The notes below the pieces were generated by a model. It worked only from the letters and a program-made list of their open reading frames with translations, was not told the DNA's origin and did not search any database. A DNA stretch of 23,094 bases from Planctomycetota bacterium (GTDB lineage: Bacteria; Planctomycetota; UBA1135; UBA2386), in the NCBI GenBank assembly GCA_947501605.1, contig CANMWZ010000051.1, positions 1 through 23,094 of the forward strand, given 5' to 3'. This document shows, piece after piece, positions 7,094-16,700 of the stretch. The position numbers and the translations under genes were made by a program. How positions within the stretch are numbered: the stretch's first letter is position 1; every line of letters starts with the position of its first letter.

Positions 7094-8098
7094 TCAAACG
7101 CGGCAGACGGCAACCTTCAGCGGCGCGTTGCCGTCGAACGCCGGGAAGTCCGCATCGACGGCCAGCAGGTCGAGACTCTTCAGTGGCCGGCCCGCCTTCT
7201 CGGCGATGCGCCGCAGTTGGGCCAAGAAGTCCGCGGCCGTCACTTCGGGCACGTGGTTCGTCGCGACCACGGCGCCGCCATCAGCAAGCGTCAACAGGCA
7301 TGGCTTGAACAACGAGGCATAGTCGCGCACGACGTCGACGGCGCCAAAGGGACCCTTGGCCCATCGCGGCGGGTCGAGAAACACGAGGTCCCATGGTTTG
7401 GGCTCGATCTTGACGAAGCGAAAGTCGCGGCCGCGGCGCATCACCGGCTTGCCGGCGAGTTGGCGGAGCACGGGGATGCAGTCCGAGGTCAAGGTCTTGA
7501 ATTGCACGGATGGGATGCCATTGCCGGCCGCGTTGCGCTGGCCGATTGCGAGCGCCGACTCGGCGAAGTCGACGTTGGCCACTTCGAGCGCACCGCCAAC
7601 TGCCGCCATCACGCCGACGCCGCAGGTGTAGCTGAAGAGGTTGAGCACGCTCTTGTTCTTAGCGAGCGCCCGAATCGCCTTGCGGCCCTGGCGCAGGTCG
7701 AGGAATAGCCACGGGTCTTGGCCGCGGTGGCGCGCCTGCACCAGGAAGCGCACGTTCGCTTCGCGGCAATGATGCTCCTGCAGGGCGAGTTCGGTGGGCG
7801 CGTGGTCGCCAAAGCGGCCTGAGCCGAGTCGGTGGTTGGCAGCAACATGCAGGTCGATGTCGAGCCAACGGCAGACGTGCGCGCCGAGGTCTTCGGCGTC
7901 GTCGTGGGACAACGGGCCGCGGAACGTCTGCAGCAGCAGCAGCGGGCCATAGCGGTCGATCGTCAATCCCGGCTCCCCCTCGGCGATGCCGTGGAACAGT
8001 CGGTAGCAGTCCGTCCCCTCCCCATGCAGTCGCTGCAACAGGTCGTGTCGACGTTCGAGCGCAGCGTCGACGGCGAGAAGCAGTGCGGGGGCGAGCAT
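7094..8098 (-). CDS. Class I SAM-dependent RNA methyltransferase, RlmI/RlmK-like, no PUA domain, 334 aa
   Basis: DCYRLFHG...GLTIDRYG, LFLDLRQGR, VLNLFSYTCG, NVDFA, DLVFLDPP motifs. ATG 8098 chosen because the upstream extension would overlap the divergent gene at 8165. Confidence 0.88.
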   Translation of the reverse strand: MLAPALLLAVDAALERRHDLLQRLHGEGTDCYRLFHGIAEGEPGLTIDRYGPLLLLQTFRGPLSHDDAEDLGAHVCRWLDIDLHVAANHRLGSGRFGDHAPTELALQEHHCREANVRFLVQARHRGQDPWLFLDLRQGRKAIRALAKNKSVLNLFSYTCGVGVMAAVGGALEVANVDFAESALAIGQRNAAGNGIPSVQFKTLTSDCIPVLRQLAGKPVMRRGRDFRFVKIEPKPWDLVFLDPPRWAKGPFGAVDVVRDYASLFKPCLLTLADGGAVVATNHVPEVTAADFLAQLRRIAEKAGRPLKSLDLLAVDADFPAFDGNAPLKVAVCRV

Positions 8099-8164
8099 CG
8101 GGGGCGGCACGATAGCCGGATCCCGTCCTTCTCGCCGCCGCGCCGATGCGGTAAGCCCTGCGCC

Positions 8165-8440
8165 ATGTCCCATTCGTCCCACGAGGCCGGAGTCCGCTTG
8201 CGTCGCCAGGTTCGCGCGCAACTGCGCGACGGCAAGGAGACCGTGTCGCTGACTGCTGCCGAGGCCGAGCTCCTGCTCGACGAAGTCGGCCGCCTGCAGC
8301 AAGCCAACGATCGTCTGCGCCGACAGAACAAGCGACTGCGTCGCCGGCTGTTGTCGCAGGGCGGCGTCGAGATGTCGGAGATCGAGGCGGAACTCGACGA
8401 GGTCGATGCGCAGTCACCGGACCAGGACGACAGCGTCTGA
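8165..8440 (+). CDS. Small coiled-coil hypothetical protein, 91 aa
   Basis: Heptad pattern LLDEVGRLQQANDRLRRQNKRLRRRL, acidic tail, GC-rich third positions; fills the gap between two minus-strand genes. Confidence 0.72.
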   Translation: MSHSSHEAGVRLRRQVRAQLRDGKETVSLTAAEAELLLDEVGRLQQANDRLRRQNKRLRRRLLSQGGVEMSEIEAELDEVDAQSPDQDDSV

Positions 8441-8490
8441 GTCGCGCCGTGCGGGTCGCCCGTTGCCGCGGCGGCATGCTGCTCGGACGG

Positions 8491-10074
8491 TCAGGCAGGG
8501 TGCACCCGCGGATCGCCGGCGTTCACCACCAGGGATGCGCGCGTGCTCGATTGGCCGCCAGCCTTCTCGACGCGGTCGACGACCACGTAGTCGCTGCGCC
8601 ACTGTTCGCGCGTCACGGTGCAACGCAGGTAGCCGCGTTGCAAGTTGTGGAACTTCACCAACGGGTTGGCGGCCAACAGCTGCGCCGCGTTCTTGGGCGC
8701 GTCGGCGCCGTCGCCGCCGCTGCTGATGGACGTCGTCACGAACTCGGTTGCAACCACAGGCGTGGACATGTCGCGATCATCGACGCGCAGCTCGTTGCAC
8801 CACGCCGAGTGGATGTCTCCGGTCAGTACGATCGGATTCTGCACCCGCTGCTCCGCTAGAAAGCGCGCCAGTTCCATGCGCTCGTGCGCGTAGCCAGGCC
8901 ACTGGTCCATCTTGTAGCGAGCGGGTGCTGGCGGCCGCGCATGCTGGTCGACCATCCCCATCATCACTTGCTGTGCGAGTACGTTCCATTTGGCCGCGGA
9001 GGCCTTGAGGCCCGCCTTCAGCCAGTCCTTCTGTGTGCTGCCCAGCATGGTCGCCGCAGGATCCAGAGCCGCGCTGTTGATCGCCGAGACCCCATCGCCG
9101 TTCGGCTGATCGGTGCGGAACTGCCGCGTGTCCAGCACGAAGAACTCCGCCAGAGTGCCCCACGTGAAGGCGCGATAGAGCGAGATCGCCGCACTCCGTG
9201 GCAATGCCGAAGCGCGCAGCGGCATGTTCTCCCAGTAGGCCTGGTACGCAGCGGCTCGCCGAGCGGCAAACGCGGCGAGCTCCCGTTCGCCCTTGGCCGG
9301 AATGCCGCCGGCGTAGTTGTTGGCGACCTCATGGTCGTCAAAGGTCACGATCCACGGGCACCGCTCGTGCATGCGGCGAAGCAGCGGATCGGTCCGGTAC
9401 TGGGCATAGCGTGTGCGGTAGTCCTGAAGCGTCTTGCACTCGCCGCCGTAGTGCGAGCGCACTTTGCCCTGCGCACCTTTCTCGTACTCGTAGATGTAGT
9501 CGCCGAGGAACACGATTAGGTCGATGTCCTCCTTGGCCATGTGCCCGTAGGCGGTGAACAAGCCCTGCTCAAAGCTCTGACACGAGGCCGCTACGAATGA
9601 CAGGCGCGCTGCTGCCGCCTGTGGCGCGGGCAACGTGCGCGTTCGACCGACCGGGCTTTCCGTGGTGCCGGTGCGGAAGCGATACCAGTACCACCGATCT
9701 GGCTCGAGGCCCGTCACCTCGACATGAACGGAGTGCCCGAGTTCGGGTGCCGCGATCACCGCCCCGGTCGCGACGATGGTGCGCATCCTGTCGTCGTGCG
9801 CGAGGTCCCACTGCACTAGCACCGACGCATTCGGCATGCCGCCGTCGTTCGCGAGTGGCTCGGGTGCCAGGCGGGTCCACAGCACAACGCTGGTGCTGTC
9901 CGGATCGCCCGATGCGACGCCGAGCGAAAACGGATCGGCCTGGGTGCCGGCATAAGGCCGAGCGGTCGCGCAGCTGAATAGCGGCAGGCCGAGAGTTGCG
10001 GCGCCGTAGGAAAGGATTGTCCGCCGCGTGGGCTGGGGCGGAGCGCCGCGGCGCACGGTCCATTTGCTGGGCAT
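8491..10074 (-). CDS. phoD: Alkaline phosphatase D family phosphatase/phosphodiesterase, Tat-exported probable lipoprotein
   Basis: TRRTIL twin-arginine signal and LFS-C; FSLGVASGDP, VVLWTRLAP, FLGDYIYE, DDHEVANN, LDTRQFR, DQWPGY, LTGDIHS. Start could alternatively be ATG 10137. Confidence 0.93.
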   Translation of the reverse strand: MPSKWTVRRGAPPQPTRRTILSYGAATLGLPLFSCATARPYAGTQADPFSLGVASGDPDSTSVVLWTRLAPEPLANDGGMPNASVLVQWDLAHDDRMRTIVATGAVIAAPELGHSVHVEVTGLEPDRWYWYRFRTGTTESPVGRTRTLPAPQAAAARLSFVAASCQSFEQGLFTAYGHMAKEDIDLIVFLGDYIYEYEKGAQGKVRSHYGGECKTLQDYRTRYAQYRTDPLLRRMHERCPWIVTFDDHEVANNYAGGIPAKGERELAAFAARRAAAYQAYWENMPLRASALPRSAAISLYRAFTWGTLAEFFVLDTRQFRTDQPNGDGVSAINSAALDPAATMLGSTQKDWLKAGLKASAAKWNVLAQQVMMGMVDQHARPPAPARYKMDQWPGYAHERMELARFLAEQRVQNPIVLTGDIHSAWCNELRVDDRDMSTPVVATEFVTTSISSGGDGADAPKNAAQLLAANPLVKFHNLQRGYLRCTVTREQWRSDYVVVDRVEKAGGQSSTRASLVVNAGDPRVHPA

Positions 10075-10165
10075 CGGAGGGGCCTTGGGAGTAGTTGGTT
10101 CTACCGCATGCGCGTGCGGTTTGTGTTCGCGCTCCATCCGGCTGCAAGGAGGCACCAAGGGAGCG

Positions 10166-11434
10166 TTAGGCCAAGCCTGTGCGGCGCAGCCACAGCCACA
10201 TCGCGGCGATCGCGATCGTGCCGACGGTGATGGGCAGGCCAGTGCGGAAGTGAACTCGAGCCCAACTGCCCGACTGCGGCGTCACGCCGCAGCGCCGCGC
10301 TTGTTCGACGACGATCAGGTTGGCGATCGAACCGATCAACAGCAGGTTGCCTGCCAATGTGCTCGCCAGCGCGAGGATCGGTCCGGCTTGCGGGTGATCG
10401 GCCGCCGGAAGCAGCAGCATCACCAGGGGGACGTTGGACACCACGTTCGAGCCAAGGGCAGTTACCGCAAAGAGTGCCACGGGTTCGCGCACGTCGAAGC
10501 CCCATGAGGCCGACAGCGACAGCCACTGCTCTGGGTAGCCAGACGCCAACAGGGCCCCATTGACGACGAACAGTCCGGCGAACAGAACGAGCAACGGCCA
10601 GTCGACGAGTTGGAGTAGGGATCGGGTCGAAAGGCGGCGCGACAGCAGCACTCCGCCGCCTGCCAGAAGGGCCTGAGTAGCGCGCGGCAGTGGGCAGAAG
10701 AGCAGGCCGAGCACCAGGAGCATCAGCAGTGCAGTGCCCTTCTGCGCCGCGGCGGGGTCGAACGCAACGTCGGGTCCGAGCGTGCCGATCGGCGCGCGTT
10801 CGAAGCGACCGCGGTAACTGCGCTGCAGCACCCACCAGGTGAACCACAGACCCAGCAGCGCTGGCGGCAGGCCATCCCGCAGGTAGCCCGCAAAGGACAG
10901 ATGCAGAGCCTCCCCGATCAGCAGGTTCTGCGGATTGCCGAGGAGGGTGGCGCACGAGCCCGTGTTGCTGGCCGCGGCGAGGCCGAGCAGGAACGGAACG
11001 GGATCAAGACGTCGCCGATGGCACACGTCGACCAGAACGGGGGCGATGGCGAGACAGGCAACGTCGTTCGTGAGCAGCGCTGACAACGCACCACTGAGGA
11101 ACACCAGTTCGGCCAGCAGGCGCCGGTGCGAGGTCGGGCGCGCGGCGATCGCCTGCGTGACGCGCGAGTAGAAGCCACCAAGGCGGAACTGCGCGGAGAG
11201 CAGCATCAGGCCGAACAGCAGGCACAGCGTCGCCGCATCGATGCTCTGCCACGCTCCCTCGAGTGTGACGGAGCCCATGACTACCAACAGCACGGCCCCG
11301 AGGAGGGCGACGCCGCTGCGGTCGATTCGCAAGCCGGGCACGCCGCCAAAGAACATGCCGGCGTAGACGGCGACGAAGATCGGCAGCACTGGATCCACGT
11401 CAATCGTTGGTGACGCGGCCAAGGTTCGCAGCAC
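10166..11434 (-). CDS. YbiR-like anion permease (ArsB/NhaD, SLC13/CitMHS-related superfamily)
   Basis: RIDRSGVALLGA, LSALLTND, ASNTGSCATLLGNPQNLLIG, SNVVSNVP, STLAGNLLLIGSIANLIVVE; many TM helices. Start may be GTG 11398. Confidence 0.9.
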   Translation of the reverse strand: MLRTLAASPTIDVDPVLPIFVAVYAGMFFGGVPGLRIDRSGVALLGAVLLVVMGSVTLEGAWQSIDAATLCLLFGLMLLSAQFRLGGFYSRVTQAIAARPTSHRRLLAELVFLSGALSALLTNDVACLAIAPVLVDVCHRRRLDPVPFLLGLAAASNTGSCATLLGNPQNLLIGEALHLSFAGYLRDGLPPALLGLWFTWWVLQRSYRGRFERAPIGTLGPDVAFDPAAAQKGTALLMLLVLGLLFCPLPRATQALLAGGGVLLSRRLSTRSLLQLVDWPLLVLFAGLFVVNGALLASGYPEQWLSLSASWGFDVREPVALFAVTALGSNVVSNVPLVMLLLPAADHPQAGPILALASTLAGNLLLIGSIANLIVVEQARRCGVTPQSGSWARVHFRTGLPITVGTIAIAAMWLWLRRTGLA

Positions 11435-11449
11435 GAGGAAAGCGGCGGC

Positions 11450-11920
11450 TCATCGGGCCTTCGGCTTCGGCTGCGCCTTCACCTTCGCCTTCGGCTTCGA
11501 CTTCGGCTTGATGGGGCGGCGAGACGGAAGCGCGGTGGTCCTAGCGCTCACGGCGGCAGCGCGCTTCCGGGCCGGACCCTTGGCGTGCACCCGTGCGTGT
11601 GCCTTCTGCAGGAGGTCCAAGAGCAGGCCCCATTCCGGTTCCAAGTCGAGCGGCACGCTGACCCAGCCGTACTTGCCGACATAGGGCGCGACGGTGAAGC
11701 GCGGATCCTGCACCAAGAACGACTGCTCCAAGAGGGAAGTGGCAATGCTCAGAGTTGCGCGCTCGTGATAGACACCGCAGCTGGCGAAGATGCGGCCGTT
11801 GGTCGTGAAGTTGGGATGGCCCCAACTCTGCGTTTCGCCGGTGTCAGGCAGCTTCTTGACCAGCGCTCGGATGCGGCGCAGGTAGTCGTCGTGCGATCTT
11901 GGTTGCGGAGGCTGCTTCAT
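11450..11920 (-). CDS. MmcQ/YjbR family DNA-binding protein with Lys/Pro/Ala-rich tail, 156 aa
   Basis: LPDTGETQSWGHPNFTTNGRIFA...DPRFTVAPYVGKYGWVSV; ATG overlaps the recD stop (ATGA 11917-11920). Confidence 0.87.
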   Translation of the reverse strand: MKQPPQPRSHDDYLRRIRALVKKLPDTGETQSWGHPNFTTNGRIFASCGVYHERATLSIATSLLEQSFLVQDPRFTVAPYVGKYGWVSVPLDLEPEWGLLLDLLQKAHARVHAKGPARKRAAAVSARTTALPSRRPIKPKSKPKAKVKAQPKPKAR

Positions 11921-13737
11921 CGGCCGTGCTCGGGGGGCGCCGATTTCAGCCAGTCGCACAAACCAGAGCGCCGGCCAGTGCCAGTTGCGAGCGCTCGCTG
12001 CACGACCTCGAGGTCGGCAACCACCGTGGCCGACTTCTTGGCGCGCGTGATGGCGGTGTAGAGCAGCGGCGCGTCGAGCAGCGGCGACGGCCGATCGGGC
12101 AGCATCACGAGGACGTGGTCAAACTCGGAGCCCTGGCTCTTGTGCACCGTGATGGCCCACGCCGTCTCATGCGGCGGGAGTCGCAGCGGCAGAATCGATC
12201 GCGGTGCTTGGCCCTTTGGTCCCTCGAACCATGCCAACAGGCGCCCCGCCTCGTCCGGCCAGAGCACGCCGAGATCGCCGTTCATCAGCCCGCTCGCGTG
12301 GTCGTTGGTAGTGATCAGGATCGGACGTCCCGGATAGTCGTCGCCGCTGCTGATGCCCCGTGGGCGCAAGCGCAACTCGAGGTAGGCGTTGACGGCATCT
12401 TTGCCGAACGGGCCCTGGTGCACGGCGCACAGGACTCGCAGCCGCTGCTGCAGTGCCAGCGCGTGTTGTGGGGCGGTCGCCTCGCAGAGTTCCAAGCAGC
12501 GCGGCAGCCAAGAACGCAGGACCTTGTCGAGTGGCGCGTGCGGCACGAGCACGAGATCGCTGCCATCGCGTTGCAGCGCGGCGAGCGCGTCCTCGGGACG
12601 GCGCCGCGCGACGGCGCGAGCGAATGCGGCGATGCTGGACGAACTGTCGAAACGAAAGACCTTGCGCAAGGCCACCACGCAATCCCCGAGCGGCGTGGGT
12701 GTCGGTGCCGTGGGCAGATCCATCGACAGCCAGTCGCGACAATGCGCCGCCAGGGCTCGGCTGGCGCCGAGTTCGGGGCGCGCTAGATCGCACAGGTCAG
12801 CCAGCACCTGACCGGCGCCGATGGCGCTGAGCTGGTCGCGATCGCCGAGCAGAAGGAGGCGTGCATCGGGGCGGAGAGCGGCGAGCAGCGCGTCCATGAG
12901 CTCGAGATCGACCATGGAGGCTTCGTCGACGACCACCACATCGAACGGCAGCGTCGATCCGCGTCCGCGCGCAAAGGTGTCCTCGCCAGGACGGAAGCCG
13001 AGCAAGCGATGCAACGTCGAGGCGCGCGCCACCGCAGCGTCGGGGTGTGCGGCCAACAGCTGCGTACGCGCGGCATCCATGCGCAGCGCGGCCTTGCCGG
13101 TCGGGGCGACCAGGGCGATCTGGAGGTTGTGCTGGTCGTGGTGCAACGCCGCCAGAATGCGGAGGATCGTGGTGGTCTTGCCCGTGCCCGGCCCCCCGGT
13201 CACGACGGCGACGCGGCGCGTGAGCGCCACAGTGACCGCAGCAACTTGCCAGTCGATCTCCCCCGGCGCTGGCGCCAGAGTGCGCAGGTAGCGCAGCGCC
13301 TCCGGTCCTGGCGCCAGCGCGTCGTTGGTGGCGGCGTGGAAGAACTTGGCGACCCGGTACTCCGCCGCAAAATGCCGCCGCAGGAACAACCGATCCTCGG
13401 GGTCGAGCACCAGCGGCACGCTGGGCAGCGGGGCACTGAGATCGCGGTGTGCCAGGGCCATGGCGCCAGTCGACAGTAGATCCGCGCGGACTCGTTGCTG
13501 GCAGGCGAGGATCATCGCGGCGTCTGCATGAGGGCCGGCGACATCGGCCGCGAGTTCGGCGAGTGTCGTGCAGCTGTCGCCGTTCTCGATCGCCACGAGT
13601 ACGCGGAGAAACGCGCGCAGCAAGGTGTTCCTCGCCGCGGCCGTCATCGGCGCGTCGGCGCCCTGCTGCGCGCGATCGAGCAAGGCGACGAGGGCATGCG
13701 CCAGCGTTGCCGCGGGAGTTGGTGGCCCTTCACTCAC
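11917..13737 (-). CDS. recD: Exodeoxyribonuclease V alpha subunit (5'-3' helicase)
   Basis: TGGPGTGKTT, APTGKAA, TLHRLLG, VVDEASMVD, LGDRDQL, NGDLG, AITVHKSQGSEF, LYTAITRAK; GTGA overlap with the recB stop. Confidence 0.96.
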   Translation of the reverse strand: MSEGPPTPAATLAHALVALLDRAQQGADAPMTAAARNTLLRAFLRVLVAIENGDSCTTLAELAADVAGPHADAAMILACQQRVRADLLSTGAMALAHRDLSAPLPSVPLVLDPEDRLFLRRHFAAEYRVAKFFHAATNDALAPGPEALRYLRTLAPAPGEIDWQVAAVTVALTRRVAVVTGGPGTGKTTTILRILAALHHDQHNLQIALVAPTGKAALRMDAARTQLLAAHPDAAVARASTLHRLLGFRPGEDTFARGRGSTLPFDVVVVDEASMVDLELMDALLAALRPDARLLLLGDRDQLSAIGAGQVLADLCDLARPELGASRALAAHCRDWLSMDLPTAPTPTPLGDCVVALRKVFRFDSSSSIAAFARAVARRRPEDALAALQRDGSDLVLVPHAPLDKVLRSWLPRCLELCEATAPQHALALQQRLRVLCAVHQGPFGKDAVNAYLELRLRPRGISSGDDYPGRPILITTNDHASGLMNGDLGVLWPDEAGRLLAWFEGPKGQAPRSILPLRLPPHETAWAITVHKSQGSEFDHVLVMLPDRPSPLLDAPLLYTAITRAKKSATVVADLEVVQRALATGTGRRSGLCDWLKSAPPEHGR

Positions 13738-16700
13738 CGTTCGACTCCATCGAGCCAGGCATCGAGGGCTGCGATCAGCGTGTACGGAGGTCGATCACAG
13801 AACACCCCGGTGGCGCCGCTGCCGTCCTTGAGTCCGCGCAGGTAGACGTAGCAGGCGCCGCCCATGTGGTGCTCATAGTCATAATTGGGCAATCGCGCCT
13901 TCAAGTGGCGATGCACGGCGAGCACGTAGAGGTGGTACTGCAGCACGTAGTCGTTCTGCTGGGCATCGGCGAGCAAGCGTGCCGGCGTGTAGTCCTCGGC
14001 GCTGTCACCGAGCCAGTTGGACTTCCAATCGAACACGAAGAAGCGGTTCTCGTGCTCGCACAGGAGATCCAGCGAGCCGGTCAGGAAGCCCTCGATACTT
14101 CGCGCCGACAGCGTGCGGAGGCGAGCGGCGTAGTGGCGCACCGGCTCCTCGGCGTGTGTGGCAAAGAGGGCTGCCAGGTGGTTGGGGACGATGTGGCGGG
14201 CGCGCGCCTGAAACCGCCACTCGGCAGCACGCTGTTTCTGCGCGAGGTCCTGCAGGCAGAAGCCGAAGCTCCCGAGCTTGGTGGTTCGCAACGTTCGTAG
14301 CATCGCGGCGACGGCTGCGACTGCATGGATCGTGGCGCGGTGTGCGAGAGGGGTGTCGAGGGCGTGTTCGCGCAGCGTCGCCTCGATGAGCGGCAACAGC
14401 GCGCGATCCTCCATTTGCAGATCGGCGTGCTCCAAGAGTTGGTGCAGGCAGGTTCCTGCAGCGGCGCCGCGCGCAAACGCAAACATGCCGGTCGGTGCTG
14501 CCGTTGCACTCGCAGCACTGGACTCGGTGTTTGCTGTAGGCGCCTCTGGTTCATCGCTCACGATGCGGCTGTCGCTGGCTTCGACGACTTCTGCGCTTGC
14601 GCGATCGTGCGAGCACAAGCTCGAGAAACTGGTCGTACGGAACCCTTGCGCAAGGACTGCCGGCAACGCCCGTGGCGTCGCCATCGATCGGACGGCCGCT
14701 TTCGTGGCCGCCTCTTTGGCTGCACCCAGGCGCGCTACCGGACGTTCGCAGCCGATCGAATCCTCGCTCTGATTCGCGATCGCGGCGGCGGCGTCCACCC
14801 ATGCTGCAAACTCGACTTTGCCGCCATCGCGCCATGCCTTGAAATCAAAGGAGTCGAGCGCGACATCGTGGCGCCCAGGGCCAAGAAGGAGCCAAGCGAG
14901 ACCGGATGTATGGCCCGCATGACTGTTGAGGGCGTGCACGTAGCAGCGACGACGAGCGCGTGTCAGCGCCACGTACAGCAACCGCAGATCTTCGCACAAC
15001 TGTTCGCGTAGGTAGCTCTCCAGGTTGCTGGCGCGATCGCTCTCCTTGGTGCGGAAGTCGAGGGCATAGCCGCCGCCCGATTGGCGCGCGAGCAGGGGCA
15101 CGCTACTGCTTGGCGCGCGGCGACCGGTCCAGGCAAAGGGGACGAAAACGATTTCGAACTGCAGGCCCTTGCTGCCGTGCGCAGTCAGGATCTGGACGGC
15201 ATCGGCGTCACTTTCGAGGCGCAGCTCTTTCAGATCCTGGTCGACGGCCTGGGCATGATCGCGCTCGTGTTCGAGCCAGGCGACCAAGGACTCACCGCGG
15301 CGGTGATGCTCGTGTTCGGCCTGGTGCAGCAGTTCCGCGATCTGCAAGTAATTGGTCAACTTGCGCTCCCCGTCGGCGCGCTCGAGCAATCGCGAGCGCA
15401 CGTGCTCGGTGGCAAACAGTTCGGCAAACATCGCGAGCACGCCGTGACGTACAAACGTGCTGCGATAATCAAAGCAGCGCACGAGCCAACGCTGCTGCTC
15501 GTCGAGGTCCTGATCCAGAGCCTCGAGTCCTTCGATCGACAAGCCAAACAGCGGCGTCGTCCAGGCGGCGCGCACGAGGCGTGATGGACTTGCCGGGCCC
15601 AGTGCGCGCAACAGGCACAGCACGTCGTCCATCTCCGGGCACTCAAAGACGTCGCCGGCGCGGCCGATCGCCGAATGCACCCCGCGGCGGCGCAATTCGT
15701 CTTGGACAAGCTGCGCTTCCTGGTTCGAACGGGTGAGCACCGCAAGGTCGCGAGCCTGCAGCGCCGCCTTCGCGTTGCCGCGCGGGAGCGTGATGCGGAT
15801 GTTGCGCAGTAGGCGCACGCACTCCTCGGCGACGTCGATGGCGACGGCGCGCGTCAACGTCTCCTTGCTGCCGCTGTTCGCGGCAGTGACATCGAGGCAG
15901 CGCAGTTGCATCACCGGCCCAGGAAGGCCTTCGACCGCCAGTTCTTCGGCCGTGAGCGCCGCGGCGACTGGGGGCAAGGTGATGCCGCTGTAGGCAAATG
16001 CTGCCGTGCCTCGGAATAGGGTCGCGACGGCGCGGATCAGTTGCGGATGGCTGCGGTGGTTCTCAGCGAGCGTGTGCGTGGCCTCGCGGGCGTCGCTTCG
16101 CGCCTCGAGGTAGGCGTGGACGTCGGCGCCGCGAAACGCGTAGATGGACTGTTTGGGGTCGCCGACGAGGTAGAGACCGGTTGTGGCGAAGCAGGTCGCG
16201 AAGACGCGGTACTGCAGTGGGTCCGTGTCCTGGAACTCGTCGATGATGGCGATGCGCGAGCGCGCCTGGATCGAACGAAGCAGGCCAGGTCCGCGGTCAG
16301 AGTCGTGCAGCGCGGTGTCGAGTTCCGTCAGGAGATCGTGATAGGAGAGGCTGTTGTTTGCGTGCTTCTGCCAACGCAGGCGTTCGTCCATGCGGGCGAA
16401 CAGGGCGGCGCGCAATGAGTGGGCTGCCTGTGCGTGGGCTTCGGCGTAGCGCGTACAGTGCTCGAACAGCAGATGGTCGAGCGGCGGCGGTGGCGGCCGC
16501 TTGGCGATGAGCTTTGCCAACGTGGGGCGCGCGAGCAGCAGATACCACGCCGTCGGTGGCTGGTCGGCGAGCATGCGCGTGCGCAGTTGGTCGGAGAGCC
16601 CTTCGCCAGCCTGGCCCAGCACGCTCTGCTGGCCGTCCTTCAGCCACCGAACCGCGGCGAAGGTGCTGCGCGGCAGGTCGTTGGCTTCGGCGAGGGCGCG

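Noticed and set aside
8099..8302. N-terminal extension of the methyltransferase
   Set aside because: It is antisense to the coiled-coil gene, and the -10-like box supports ATG 8098.
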